64,000 nucleotides of DNA, taken from assembly GCF_009914755.1 (NCBI RefSeq), contig NC_060927.1, one strand, 5' to 3'. The notes beneath the pieces are model-generated. The model was not told where the DNA came from. It saw only the letters and a list, made by a program, of their open reading frames with translations, and did no database searches. Shown piece by piece: positions 27,806-41,702 of the stretch. The translations under genes were made by a program, and so were the position numbers. This stretch comes from the human T2T-CHM13v2.0 reference genome, Homo sapiens. Each line of letters starts with the position of its first letter. Positions within the stretch are counted from its first letter, which is position 1.

Positions 27806-28808
27806 AAAAGCAATTCTGCTAGTAGTTTTGGATGGTGTTTGCATCTCTTTAGGCTCTGGAAATATTCTTTGGACGCATTTAGGGGTCCTGGCTTAGGAGT
27901 TGCTATTTCCTGAGCTGTCAATGAATGGGGCTCCCTCCCCATGCCCAGCTTGGGAAGGGTAAAAGGAGACCCCAACTCCACTCAGATCCCACTGCCCAGA
28001 GATGTCCCAACTGGGACCAGCGTGCTTGAGCCCAGGGCTGGACTCAAGGTGAGTTGAACACCCAGGAAGGAGAGCCCCTATTCCTAAATGGCCCCTCCAA
28101 GCTACCTACAACCTGACACTCCGCCATTCGTAATTCATTTCTTTGGATCATTCAGGCAACAGATATTTATTCACCTCTCACTGAATGTGAGGTCCTGTAC
28201 TGGGGTCCCTAGCTAACATTGACGTGTGTGTGTTTTCACTCTTGCTGAAAGGCTGCCTCCCTGAAGAAAGAAGAGGTGAAGAAAGGAGGAAAGGGAGCGG
28301 GTGGGGATGATGAATCCAGGAATGTCAGAAGAGGAAAGGGAACTTGACATTTGCTGAGCACCTACTGTGTGCCAGGCTCTTAACTACTACCCCAGGAGAA
28401 TTTGATGTTATCAGTCTTCAACGTAGAGGTGAGGAAACGAGCCCAGAGAGGGTGTGTGGCTTGTTCAAGGGTGCATAGCTCTGTGGCACAGGATTGAGGA
28501 TCCAGATATGCATTGTCTTCCCTGAAGCCTGTGATCTCTCTGTCGTCTTCCTGCTGAAGAGGGTTGGGGACCCAGCAGGGAAAGAGGATTCCTAGAGCAG
28601 AGGGGTGACGACTGAGAATGCTGTGAGCTGGCAGGCCTAACTGCTGACTCACTGGGTGGCCAACACTGCTGGGAATATGACCAGTAAGAAGTTAGGGAAT
28701 AAAATGTGGTCATCCCAGGGGCCTGCATGTCCAGCCTGAATGGCTCAGAGGCCACAGGGGCCACATCAGCTACCTCTGCTGAGCATATTCCTGGGTGCTA
28801 AAGTGTGT

Positions 28809-28812
<4 letters not shown>

Positions 28813-28863
<51 letters not shown>
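28813..28863. repeat. (CA)n microsatellite
   Basis: About 25 perfect CA units. Confidence 0.97.
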
Positions 28864-28866
<3 letters not shown>

Positions 28867-29324
28867 TCTGCCCCCAACAGTCTTGCTATGTGGAGAGTAT
28901 CACCCCCACTTTATTGATGAAGAAACTGAGACTTAGAGAGTGGAGCTAACAAACCCAGTATGACACACCTGGAGTTAGAATGAGAGCTTAGATCTTTCCT
29001 GGAAGGCTTGCAGAGGAGCAGAGGGGCTGCGGGCTCACTCCCTGTGAGGTTTGCAGGCAGCCAGGGTCTCAGAACAACCACAGCCCTTCCCTGTCACTCC
29101 AGCCCCACCCTCTGGGACTCTGCCTCAGTCCTCCATTGCACCCACAGGCGGCAATTCCGAAGTGGTGCAAAGAGTTTGGGAGCTGGAGTCTGGTGGCCCT
29201 TGCTCAAATCCCTGCTTTACCGTGATGGGCTGTGTGACTTTGGGCAAGTCTCTCAACCTCTCTGGCCTCAGGCTCCTCATTTGTAAAATGCGCACGATGC
29301 CATGTGCTTCCTGCTTCTCCATCG

Positions 29325-29830
29325 ACTTATTTATTTCACAAATACCCATTGAGCATCTCCTTCCCAGGTTCTGTGCTAGGTGCTGAGAATACAGTGGTAA
29401 GCAGAAACACCCATGGTGTCTGCTCTCAAGAGGGTTTAGAGACAGCCATGAAATGAAATGATCACACAAACCAAAGTGTATTTACAGAGGGGTGAGAGCA
29501 TGCTCAGCAGGAGGCCCCGGTGTCTCTGGCAAGAGCAGGAAGCCTCACAGAGGGTTTCCTCGAGGGGGTGATGACTGAGCTGGGGTCTGCAGGCTGGAGT
29601 GGGAGTTCAGTAGGTAAGAGGAGAGGCAGTGTTGCCGACAAAGGGTGTGGCTTGTGCAAAGGCCCTGAGACTGGAAAAGCTTAGCAGTTCTCAATGAATT
29701 AAAAGGAGGCCCGGATGGCTGGGGGAAAGTGTGGGCAAGGGACAGGAGAGGCAGTGGGGGCCCCTGTGGACCACTGTACAGATTTCTGTCCTTACCCTGG
29801 GAAGGGGGGCAGCTGGGAAGGGTTTTCAGG
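29325..29830 (-). mobile_element. L2 LINE 3' fragment
   Basis: attgagcatct...tgtgctaggtgctgagaatacagtgg...tgtgcaaaggccctgagactggaa. Confidence 0.75.
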
Positions 29831-31994
29831 ATGGAACCCGAAGATGAACACGAAGCCCTCGGTGAGGGCCCTGCGTGTAACAGCATCTGCAATGCGGCAG
29901 TGCAGCACAGTCATGTCTTGCCTTCCGCAGGTCCTATGATCCACTCAATGTGCTGTGATCTGGGGTGGACTCCGAGCCCAGGACACATCAGCAAGGAGGA
30001 AAGGGGCCCTGCTTGCACAGGGCCACAGTTGGGAGGAGAAGAACAGCCAGTAGACATTCACAGAGTCGCGAATGTGCAGGGGGCTGAGGGGGCACCCTGG
30101 CATAAGGGGAGACTGAGGCCAGGGTCATGGGCAATTGAATGAAAGCTGTAGGCTCAGGACTCTCAATCCAGTGCTCCCTCCAGGGGCTGGGAAGTTCCCT
30201 TGACTGACCTTAATGGTAGCCCTGCTTGATAGAACCTGGTTTTTTCCCAACCCCCCAGGGCAGCTGGGTAGGAGGGATGCAGAGACGGAAGAGGGGACAC
30301 GCCCGCAAATGATAAATGGCCCTGAGACGGGGACATGATATTACATGCCAGGTTCTGTTTGTTCTTAGAACTTTTCATGTGTTGACTCATTCAGTTCTTC
30401 CCAAAGACCTTTTAAGGTGGCTTTGATGATCACCCTAATTTTACAGGTGGTGAAATGGAGGCACAGAGATGTCAGGCAACTTGGCCAAAGTTGTCCAGCT
30501 GGTAAGTGCAGTTGGGATTTGGACTCAGGCAGCTGGCTCCTTAGTCCCTGCCTGTTCTTCCCTACCCTGTGATAGGTCTGGGGAACACTTGGGTTCTGCC
30601 AGGGTGTCCAGTGAGTGGTTGAGGGGAGCAGGGAAGAGGTGGGATGGAGGGCCAGAGCCAAGCCTGAAGGAGGAGGACAGACAGGAACTGGCCGCCCTTG
30701 GGAGATGGTGATGCTGATGGAGTCTTGATGGGTTCCTTAGACCCACAAGGGTGTCATATCTCCCACATACTCCCCAGAGGATGCTGGGCCCAGAAAACTT
30801 CTGGGAATTCCCTTTGGGATCTGCCTTTGGGGCTGGTTTATGTGGACTTGCGGCGCATCAGGGCTGGAGGTGCCGCTGCATTCCTGTGTCCAGCCCTAGC
30901 TTTCCATTTTACAGATAGGGATCCTGAGGCCCACAGAGTGGTCACCACCGGCCTTGAGCACACTGCAGCCAGGCCAGGGCTTGGAGGCAAGTGCTCACTC
31001 CAGGGCCGCCTGTTAGCCCCATAAGGAACCCCCCTTATGTGGGGCTACCTTGCTCAGGGCTCATCTTCATCAGACACAGCTCCAAAGAGCATAGGCTCTC
31101 CAAGGAGGCCTGCCACCAGCAGCGGGGAAAGCCCCAGTCTAGTGGCCACTCTGCAGGCCCTCTATGGATGAGACTTCCTGAAAGGCTGGGCCACCTCTCT
31201 CACTGCACATCCCCCTGCAGGTGGCCCCAGGGGGTTGGAAGAGCACTAGATCAGGGGTTATTGGGCAAGACAGCCGCAGTGGGCCGGGAGAGTGCTGACC
31301 TTGTCCCCCCAGCCTTCCTGACCTCCCCAGGGGCTGGTTAGCAGTAACCAAATAAAAGAAGGGTATGGAAGGATCTCTGTAAACTGTAAGTAGATTCTCA
31401 GATACAAGGTGCTGTTTCTTTCTGGGGGACACAGAGCATAGAGCAGGGGCTTGGGCATCAAAGAGATGTGGGATTGAAGCCCAGCTCTGCCACTTACCAC
31501 TGGGTGGCCTTGTGCTAGTCACTTGGCCAATGTGAACCTCAGTTTCTATTAATACATCTGTAAAGTGGGGCTAACAATACCTGCAATTATGGGAGTGTTG
31601 GGAGGCATAAATGAGTAATACATATGTACATGGCACATAGTGGGTGTTCAGGGATGTCTAGCTTGCTTTTTCATCTCTATTCTGCAAAGGTGACAACACT
31701 TTTAATTCATAGACAATCTGATCTAAACAAAATGAGAGGGAATCTGAAGATATCGTTCGTTCATTTCTTCAGCATTAAGAGGGTCATTTCCTGCTCTGCT
31801 CTCTCCCCATGGGAGTGTCTCAATCTTCTCAGGACCTCCCCCAAGGGTGGTAACCATTTCCCCTGTGACTTGGTGGGAGCTCTCAGCTGCCAGCCCTGCA
31901 GAGGAACCCACCCATCAGCCTCTGCCTGAAAACCCAGCCCCAACTGAGGTCCCAGAACTACCCGGGCTAGAGGCCAGGTGGTATATGTCTGGGG

Positions 31995-32215
31995 CACAGG
32001 CTCTGAGTTCACACAGGCCTGAGCTTAAGTCTGAGCTCCACCACTCACTGAGCTCTGTGATCTTGGGCAAGTCAGTTCCCCCTTCTGAGCCTGGTTTCTT
32101 CATCAGTAACATGGTGATGATATCTACTTTGGAGTTGTGTCCTGAGAATTAACTGAGATACTGCCTGTAAAATACTTTGCCTATCATGTGTTACATGCAC
32201 AATTAATGGTAGCTT
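31995..32215 (+). mobile_element. MIR SINE
   Basis: ggctctgagttcacacaggcctgag...tgtgatcttgggcaagtca...gagaattaactgagatact...aattaatggtagct. Confidence 0.8.
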
Positions 32216-32298
32216 AAAAACTACCTGTAAGCCCCTTCTCTTTTCCCTTGAAACAAGCAGGACGTAAGTATCTCCATCTTGTGTGGCATGGTGTGGCA

Positions 32299-32482
32299 GC
32301 AGTCTTGTTCTGGAGTTGCTTATACTGACTTGTGAGAGCCGATTGTGTTGTCAGTGATCTCATATTGGCAGCTTACAATCTGCCAAGGTGGGAGCATTGA
32401 CACCACAGAAATTGGCAAGCACTGGAAAGCAGGACATCCACCTCCCTGAGAGCTGGTTGTGAAACACTTACCAGCACACCAC
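32299..32482. mobile_element. MER63-like hAT DNA transposon
   Basis: gagagccgattgtg, ggtgggagcattgacaccacagaaattggcaa and terminal gagagctggttgtgaaacacttaccagcacaccac match the remembered MER63 consensus. Confidence 0.75.
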
Positions 32483-35324
32483 AGAACCCTGGGCAGGCCC
32501 GCAACATGGTTACCTGGAGTTCATTACCTTTCAAGTTTCAGGACCCCTTTCTGATTTAGTTGCCTTTGACCTGTTCCTCCCTGCTGCAGGCTGCCCTGGC
32601 CCCAGCCCCTGGGCCTCTGTCGGCTCTCATCCCAGTGCTGATAACCTGCTCTTAGCCCTCCCACCATGGAGCCTACTGACATTTCCCACTCTGCCCAAAG
32701 GAGGGCAGTGCCGGACGAGGTGACCCTGGCATGGCATTGTCCTAAAAAACTGTTGGCCAGCGATCTTCTATCTTCTTCTCCTCCTTTTTCCTCTCTTGTT
32801 GCTGACCCCAAAGGCACTTCCCAAACAGCCACTCCCTCTTAGCTGCCAGCACCTCAGATACCATCCTGTCGTTCCAGTTCTCATCCCATTGTCCCCATAA
32901 CATCCATTGCCACTCCTCTGACCTTTCCAGGTCTAACTCTTCTTCCTTCAGCCCCAGCCAGGGGACTCATGGACTTGGAGAAAGGTGGCCCTGGCATCTG
33001 TCCTGCTTCTCTTCCTTCTCCTGGCGTGGCACTGGACAAGTTACTCAACTTTTCGGAGATTCAGTGATAAGGAAAGTGATATTTACAGGGCTCTCGCCAC
33101 GTGCCAGGTGCCGTGCCCACAGCCTTCCTGGCTGACTTCATTCCTTGTTTCCTCATCTGCAAAATGGAGATGATGGAAGTGTCCACCCTGTGGAATTGTA
33201 CGGTGAGCTGAAGTGACAGCTTAAATGGGCTTGCTGATTGTAAAGTGTCATGCTAATGCTGTTATTCTACTTTGAAGGGCAATGCTTGTTTAGATCTACA
33301 ATTTTCAGATGTGTGTGTGTGTGTGTGTGTGTTTCTTAAAAAAAGCCACAGGCATGCTATTTATAGCCAGCTCCTGTACAGGTTTTTATCATTCCTTGCC
33401 TGCTCTGCTAAAAATAACAAAACGACAAAGGTCAAGTCTGCTTCTACCTATCTGAGGAGTCTACAAAGAATGAGCCTTTTGATTCACTGCCTCGGTGAAG
33501 TGAGGACTCTCCTGCCAGCTCGGTGCAGGCCACAGCCCTGGAACTCCTAACCAGGTCGACTGGGTCTACACCGAGGAGCTGAGGAAGGCTGGGGGCGGGG
33601 AACCTGCAAGTGTCACACTGGGCAGATGCATCTCGCCTCGGCCACCCCTTCCCCTTCCCCCAGCCTGGGGAGGGAGGTGGTGGTGGAGCACCATAGACTG
33701 AAGGACAAATATTCTGGGTCCTGGTCCCAGGGATGCAGTGTGGGCCATGGTTTCCCCATATTCAAAATGAGAGGGGTTGGGAAAATAGCCACTGAGAATT
33801 TTCTCTCCAGCCTAAATGCATACATGCTCCATTCTTTTTTCTCTCCCCTTCAGCCTATAACACTATGGACTCATTTAATGAATATCCACTGGCCCTTAAT
33901 AATGACAATAGCATTGATGATACTGCTACTCAGCCACTACTTGTGGAGTGTCCAGAACATACCAGGCACCGGGCTAAGAAAGCCTTGAGGTGGAGTAAAC
34001 TCACTGAATCCGTGCAACCCCACTGGAGAAGGAAGCTTGTCATCCCCATCTGATACATGGGGAGGTGACTGAGCCCAGAGCCTTGCACATGCACAGTCTC
34101 GCACCAGGCAGTGACAGCTCCAGGATGTGAACTGGGTGTCACGTCCTGGGCCTGTGCTTGGCTCTAGGCACTGTGCCGGGCACAGCAGGTAGGAAGACAG
34201 ACACAGAGCTTGCTTTCCCTGTCGTTGAGGGAGCGATGGCTGCAGATAGGATGACCTCACACAGTGTGGGAAATGGCAGTAGACAGACGGGGGATTGGGC
34301 AGCCTGTGCAGGTTGCAGGGAGGAGCACATTTCACCTTTGCCAGTGAGGCATTCCAGGTAGCAGGCACAGCAAGAATGAAGGTAGGGTGGGGTTGGGGTG
34401 GGGAGGGCTTGAAACCTCACAGCAAAAAGATTTGCATTTAGTCTGTGGACCAGAAACCCTCAAACTCCAGTAATGATGTTTGCCAGTCTGCAAGTTCTAG
34501 CATATACTTTGCATCTGTCCTGAAATCACCTCCCTTTTAGAAACATATGTATCTCTCTACTTAGTGTTATCTTAAGCATTCATAGTCACAATATCATGGA
34601 TTTGCCTTGCCAGTTGTATTTTTCCCCTAACACATCAAAGTAAGTGCACAGGTATTAAACTAGAGAGGATGTGCTTGCCCCCCTCCAAAATGCGGACTCG
34701 CGTCTGCCTTTGGAAACCAGGACCGTGGGTTTAGGCAGCTTGGAGGCTTGATCCGATCTGGACTACAGAAGGATTTCTCGGAGGTTAGAAGGGATAGGGG
34801 AGGCATTCCTGGGAATCTGCCCTTGTCCCATGACAAAGGTCTGGGGGTGCCAGCATGCCCCCAAGCTGAGAGTGCCACTCTTGCCCCAGCAAAACCCCTC
34901 CTTGGCCTCAGCTCTCTGGCTTCACCTGAGCCCACTCCTGATCCGCTTTCTCCCAGCCAAGCGCCGCTGCGGCCGTGCTGACCTCAATGACTAACACACA
35001 TTCCTGGCCTAGTTACAGAGCCCCTCGCCTCGCGTATTTATAGCCACCTCCCAACTCCACTCATGCCTCTGAGGGAGGCCTGGCCCTTCTTTGAAAGCTC
35101 CTTTCACTACCCCTGCCCTGCCCCGGGCCCCGCTTTCACCGGCAGGTGCTGTCAGTCTCCCCTCTGTCGGGGACAGGTGTGGGGCAGGGATTTTGTTCTG
35201 TGTGGCCATGGGAAAGTGGCTTCCCCTCCCTGGACCTCATCTGTAAAGTAAGAGCCATCATACTCTCCGGCCAGGCTGGGCTGTGGTGAAGATAAACTGA
35301 GATATTCATTCTGAGATCATGAGT

Positions 35325-35555
35325 AATAACTAATGTTCATGGAACACCAACTGTGCACTAGGCCCTGTCTAAACACTTGGCACATTATGAACTCATTTAA
35401 TTCTTACAACAACCCCACAAGGGACATACTGGTATCATCATGCCAATTTTGTAGAGGAGGAAACTGAGGAACAGAAAAGTTAGGCAGCTTGCCCAAGGTC
35501 AAACACCTAGCTGGGATTCAAACCAGACTCCAGAATCTGTACTCCGGGCACTGTG
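35325..35555 (-). mobile_element. MIR SINE
   Basis: aactcatttaattcttacaacaacccc...gaggaaactgaggaacagaaaagttagg...ttgcccaaggtca. Confidence 0.85.
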
Positions 35556-36819
35556 CTGAACTTGACACACAGAGTGGTCCTCAGCCATACTGTGGATTTG
35601 CCCTGTTTGTTTCCTGCCTTTGGGGTCCCCTGAATTAGCTAAGCACATCACTCACCGTCTGCAATAAAGTGGCCGAGGCGGGAGTGAATAATGAAGGTGC
35701 AATGTGCAATGTCCGGGCCTTTCAAGGGGCTATTGAGGACTTGGCTAATGAGGGAACAGAGCAAGAAAGAGAGAAGAGTCACAGCTGGGACTCCTGTCAA
35801 GGTGCCCAGCTTTACAGAGAGGTATGCTGACGCATGGCAGCATGGCAGGGCAGGCTGGCATCTGATGGTACGTGAGAGGCGTTGGAGTTCTAGGAGTGGA
35901 GAACTCAGTTCCTGTGTCCCCTGCCCCTACCCCACCTCTGACATCTCTCACCCTTGATCTCAAAGGAGGAAAGCTTCCAATGAATGTTTTGATAGAAAGG
36001 TTTTAGGAACTTAAGCCACCTCGTCCCATGAATGTTATAGTTCCAAAAGAAGATTCCAAGAGGGACAAGAGAACAAATATTGTTTGGGTGTTTACTGTAT
36101 GTGTGGCACTGAGCCAGGCACTCAGCAGTCACTTGTTCATTCAACAAACATTGGCTCAGAACTCACTCCACTCTCTGTGCCAGCACTGATGCTGCCTGCC
36201 TTGCATGTGGAGACTTCTGGACCAGGATACCTGCCTAGCAAGTGGCAGGACTGGGATCGAATGCAGGGGTTTTTCTCACATCATACAACTGCTATTGGTG
36301 GGTGCAGGGACATCTGACTTCACCTCCTCATACCCTTTACCATATACATTTGGCTGCAGCCCAGTTTTTCAGGTCCCCACCCTGATCCCTCATGGTCACT
36401 GGGACATGCTGCTCTTCCTAAAATCAGCCCTAACAGATAAAACTCTATTCCCAACCTCAAAGGAAGCTCCAAGCCATGGTTTCTGGATTCTGGAATTGAA
36501 GAGAGGTGTCGGCTGCCTGTCCTTAGCCAGAAAATTAATGGCCAACCCTGATTTAATTAGCTTTTCCTTACAATGATTTAGGGAAGCCTGTAATTAGCTC
36601 AGGGGCCTGGAGGGAGAGGCCCAGGTGTTGGAGCCAGTGCTGGAGCAAGCAGCAGGGGAGGGGGGTGCCGGTTTTAAGATCAGACTCCTGCCCTTGCGAG
36701 GTAATAGTGGAGGCTGGGAGAACCCCTCACCTCCTCACTGTGGGAGGCGGGTGGAGAGAAATCCTAAATGAATGCAGAAGAAGAGAGGGTGGACTTAGAG
36801 ATTATAAAAATATTCTTTT

Positions 36820-37102
36820 ACTTTTTTTTTGTTTTGAGACAGAGTCTCATTCTGTCACCCAGGCTGGAGTGCAGGGCACAATCTCGGCTCACTGCAACCT
36901 CCACCTCCTGGGTTCAAGTGATTCTTGTGCCTCAGCCTCCCGAGTAGCTGGGATTACAGGCGGGCACCACCACACCCAGCTAATTTCTGTATTTTTAGCT
37001 GGGGTTTCGCCAGGTTGGTCTTGAACTCCTAATCTCAAGTGATCTGCCTGCCTGGGCCTCCCAAAGTGCTAGGATTACAGGCGTGAGCCACCACACCTGG
37101 CC
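36820..37102 (-). mobile_element. Alu (AluS-like, small internal deletions)
   Basis: gagacagagtctcattctgtcacccaggctggagtgca ... gtgagccaccacacctggcc. Confidence 0.93.
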
Positions 37103-40100
37103 TCTTTTTTTTTTTTTCTTTTTTTTCTTTGCCTACCCAAATAAAAAAGAGTGCCTTTCTATTTTGATTTGTATTGGAACAAACTATATGGCATACGTGG
37201 CTTCGGCAGGCCACACATCACTGCAGGTTCAGAGTGGCAACTAGACTATGTCACTGCAGATAAACTCTCCAAGCCCCTTGCATGTGGCTGTGGCAATCCT
37301 CCCACAGTGTCAGGTGTTAAAGCCAGACTTTTCCAGCTAATAACAGGGCAGACTCTGTTTGCAGTTCTGAGGAGGGGGCTCCCAGAACAGGGTCTGCATT
37401 TCGTGCAAGGTAAATGGATATTAGCCAGACATTGGACAAGGTTTTGCCTGAGACCCTTGCCAGCTTCAGACTTCCGGGGCACACATCCCAAGGAGTAGAT
37501 TGTCCCTCTGTGGCACCCCAGCCCCTGTGTGACCCACCTTAGTGGGTTTCCTGCCAAGCCCTGCACCTGCCCCCACACAAATCCTCACAGGGAAGCAGAG
37601 CCAATCCTACCACTCAAGAATTTAGCCTTGATCTGGAGGCATCAGAGAAGCCCCCATAAACAATCAGTCAAGTAACAGTGAAGAGTTTGCAGGCTATCTT
37701 TGAGGATAAGATGGTATCCAGGACCAGAAAATCCTTCATTCATGAACTTTCAGTCTGGGAACTTTCATGGGCATGAATAAACCCATAGCCAGTGGATAAT
37801 GTCGGTGATTATGGACAGGTGTTTAATCTCTGGGCCATTTGTTCTTGATCCAGAATGATTTGTCTGTTGATGCTCCTTTTTAAGGTGTTTTAAGGACATT
37901 GTTAATCCCTCCAAGTCCAACCAATATAGAAGCAGCGAGAGTGTGGAAACTGTGTAAAGTGATTGTGGGAACGGAGGTGAAATGTCACTCTTTAGAGATA
38001 TATACACCCAAGGTGCTTGTATTGTGATATCTGAGATGTAGAGACAAGTTGATTGTGAACTCCTTAGGGAGTTAGTCTGAGTGTGAGTGGAGAGCCAGAG
38101 GTGGCCATGGGCTACATTTGGAAGGAACAACAGCATTTCTGCTGCCACTTTCAGAATGCCTACTCTGTGTCAGAGGCCACGCCAGCCACATACATCATCT
38201 CTAACTCTTACAGCAACCCTGCTAGGGAGGCAATATTAGCCCATTTACAGAAGAGGAGACTGAGAGTCAGCGAGGGGAGGTAACTTATCCAAGACTATCC
38301 AGCCAGGCAGGGCAGTGTTTGGACTTCAACCCACGTTTGTCAGGTAACAGTCTGTGTTCTTTCACAGTTCACAGAGGTGGGACAGTGGGGTTGGGGATTG
38401 AAAGACAAGGGGGATTATGTGGGTGGGCACAAGGCAGAAAGGAAAATGAATGTAAATTTTTATTTTTAAAAATGTATGCTGTGTACCTACTGTGAGCCAG
38501 GTTGCCAAGATGAAAAGTGCAGTGTCCACCCTCCAGCTCCTCGTGGTCCCGTGTATGTGTACTGCTGTGCCCTATTTGAGGAGGCTTCCTTTTCAGTACG
38601 TGTGTATTGCCTTTTCTCAGCTGCTGTGCTTATCCCCCTCATCATAATAACCCCCTGTGTGAGGCTCAGAGAAGTTAGCTAGTTGTCTCAAGATCAGACA
38701 GCTAGTAAGTGGAGGAGCTGGGATTTGATCCCATATCTGTTTGACTGCACAGCCTGAGACCTTCCCTGGGATCCTCTCTTCCCTGTGACCATCATGCCTA
38801 TCTCCCTTCTACCTCCTGGTCATTCCACTGGAAGTAACTTTCTGTGTGCATAGCTTCTGCTGAAGCCAGTGTTGGACTTGTTAGCTGGAGAAAGGAGATG
38901 TGTTTGGAAACCACCCAAGAAAAAGACACTTGAAATAACTTTTCTCAGTAGCCCTTACTGCTAAAATGTGCTGAATCCCGAACAGGAGTAGGCCTCTGAA
39001 GGACTCACATCCACACCATCCGTTTGTCTGGGATCTACAGCTGATGGTGCACTTTTGAAGTCATTACCTCATAGAGCCTCACAGCAGCCTGGGGCAGGTG
39101 TCCTGAACCTCCTTTTACAGATGAAGAAGCTGGAGGCTCAGAGAGGTAATGGGGCTTGCTCAAGGTCACACTGACACCTGGGGGTGACCTTGGATGCCTC
39201 ATGTTTTCTCCCAGAGCCTGAGGTTCTTCAGCTGCAGAGATGGTGACGATGATGTCGGCACCCAGGGTTGCTCTGAGGACTACAGGAGAGGACACAGGTG
39301 GAAGAATTAGCACAGGACCTGGCACACAATAGGTGCTCCACAGCTGATAGATGCACTGGACTCTTCAAAGTGAAGGTCACAGATGTGGATAGTGAGGGTA
39401 AAGAGAGGCCAAGAGTGAAAGGCTCTTGAGCCACTGCTTGTGCAAACAGGTGGGCTGGCAGCTGCTGACAGTGACAATGGCTGGTTTTTATTGTTTAATC
39501 CTCCACAAGTGTCATATTCCATCCTCATCACAAGCTGTACAAAGTGAGTTATGATTTTGTCTCCATTTTGTAGATGGGAAGGTGGAGGTGCAGGCAGGTT
39601 GAGTAGGTGGGAACCAGACAGCAGTTTTCAATAGAAAAGAATAAAACAATCCAAGTTCAGAGTATGACAAGCTTTTAACTTTCTATTAAAAAAATCACTC
39701 TTAAACGTTTCTCCTGAACATGTCCCCCAACTTTTGTTAGCCTCTCTAGCATTTACTTTGTGACTTCCTTCACCATAGAACTTACTCCTCTCTGGCAGGC
39801 CACCCTAGCCCTCATTGCTCATGGAAGGCGGAATCCTGGTGCCCAGCCTGCTGGGCCAGGGCTAGAAGTGAAGTTGGGTTCCATAAATTGCGAATCTTTG
39901 CTACAGCTTTGGAAGTGGTGAAGGCTCCTGCTTTATATGCAGCAGCACCTCTGACACATGGTGCAAATGGTGTCTGGCTAACCTAAATCATATTTCAAAT
40001 ATGCCATCGGAAAAACCGTGGTTCACAGGAAAAATGCCCCCTTGATGCTTCCTCCCCCGCTTGATTATTCGGGGATCCTGGATGTGGCTGGTAGCAGGGG

Positions 40101-40669
40101 AGAGGAGAACTTGGCTCCACTAAGTGGTCAAATATATCAGAGCCCAGGCATTTATCTCTAGGCCCCCGTTTCCTCTTCTCTAAAATGCAGAAAAAAAAAA
40201 AAATAAAAGAAAGTGAACTGGCAGGACTAGACTGGAGGGAATCTACAAACCAGCTACTTGTGAGAGCAGCCCACTGAAAATACATTTGTTTGTTTTGCTC
40301 AGAGCTTAAAATAAAATTGCATTAAATGCCAATGTTTAAAAATGGGGGGATTGTGCATAAGAATCCAGATTTCTGTCTTCTCTTAAAATATCGTGAGCAT
40401 TGCCCATCCAGAGTTGGCTGGAGGCGGATGAGGCCACAGAGATGAACATGTGGCCACTAGGTCATCCCCTCTCCAGCTGACTTCATTAAGGGCACTTTCT
40501 GCCCTGGACCCAGGAGGTAAGTGAGTCTGTGACGCCTGGACCTGCATCCTGAACGTGGGAGCCTCTTCAAGGGAGGGGGTGGGCTTCTGGCACAAAACCT
40601 TTCCTATTTATTTAAAACGCACTCATGATATGCCAGGGTTGTAGTAAACGTATCAGGTACAATTCTAAG

Positions 40670-40880
40670 CACTATACCCACACCAGGCAACTATTTAGTT
40701 CTCATAGCCACGTCCTGAGGCGAGTGCCATTGCTATCACACCCATTTTGTAGATGAGCATGCCGAGGCACAGAGAGGTTAACTCACTTGGCCAAAGTCAC
40801 ATGACCGGTAAGTGACGGCATTGAGATTTGATCCCTGGCAGCTCTGCCTCCAGATCTGTGCTCTAACCATTGTACAGTGC
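40670..40880 (-). mobile_element. MIR SINE
   Basis: cccattttgtagatgag...gaggcacagagaggttaactcacttggccaaagtcaca...gctctaaccat. Confidence 0.85.
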
Positions 40881-41702
40881 TGCTCCTCTTCCTCTTTTCT
40901 GGGAGAATGGCCAGTCTTATGGCTTTGTCCAAGTTTCCATCTCTCAATATGACAACTAATTCATCATCTCCCCAGCTCTCCTTCCCTCTTCTATTTATTA
41001 CTTCCCTCCCTCATGTCAATCAACTCCTTTAACCTGAACAGCCCTCTAAGGACAGGTATACTATTTTCCCCATGTTGGGGCAAGGACATTGAGACACAGA
41101 GAGGTTAAGTAACCTCTCCTGGCTAGAGGTGGGAGAGTCAGGGTTTGACCCTGGCCATCTGTTTGCAGAGTCCATGCTCTTGGCAGTCTCTAACACCCTG
41201 GAATCCCCTCAACCACCCAGCTTGCCATTCATTTCTTCCATCCTTCATTTTTTCACTTACCTATCCATCCAACACTCAACCAACACCTTGTGCTCATGCC
41301 ACCCCTGTGCTGGGCATGGGAGGCTCAGAGATACCTGCATCGAGACTGGCAGGAGTGGAACGGTGACATCCTGCTCTCAGAACAGGAGCTACCTATGAAC
41401 ACTCCCTCTGGGGCCAAGGCCAGTGGGAGAACTGGTTTTCAACAAACAGCCCTGGACAGTTCAGGAGGAGGCAGCAGAGGGGAAGCTGTGTAGCCAGCTT
41501 CCTGCAGAGGTGAGTCTGCTGTAAGGCACTTACAGATTCAAGAAGACCTCAGCACCCCTGACACCCTCATCCCCTAACTCCACCCTTGGCAGCTAAAGCA
41601 CCGACCAGCCTTTTGGTTGTAGTTAGTCCACTGCTGCTGTGGGGCCCTGAGTAAGAGGCTTTGCTCTTCTGGGCCTCAGTTTCCTTATCTGTACAATATC
41701 TT

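Noticed and set aside
37700-38150. AT-richer unique-looking segment with a 127-aa minus-strand ORF, considered as a pseudogene fragment
   Set aside because: No recognisable protein similarity in the frames I read, and no polyA or TSD; a translated search would be needed.
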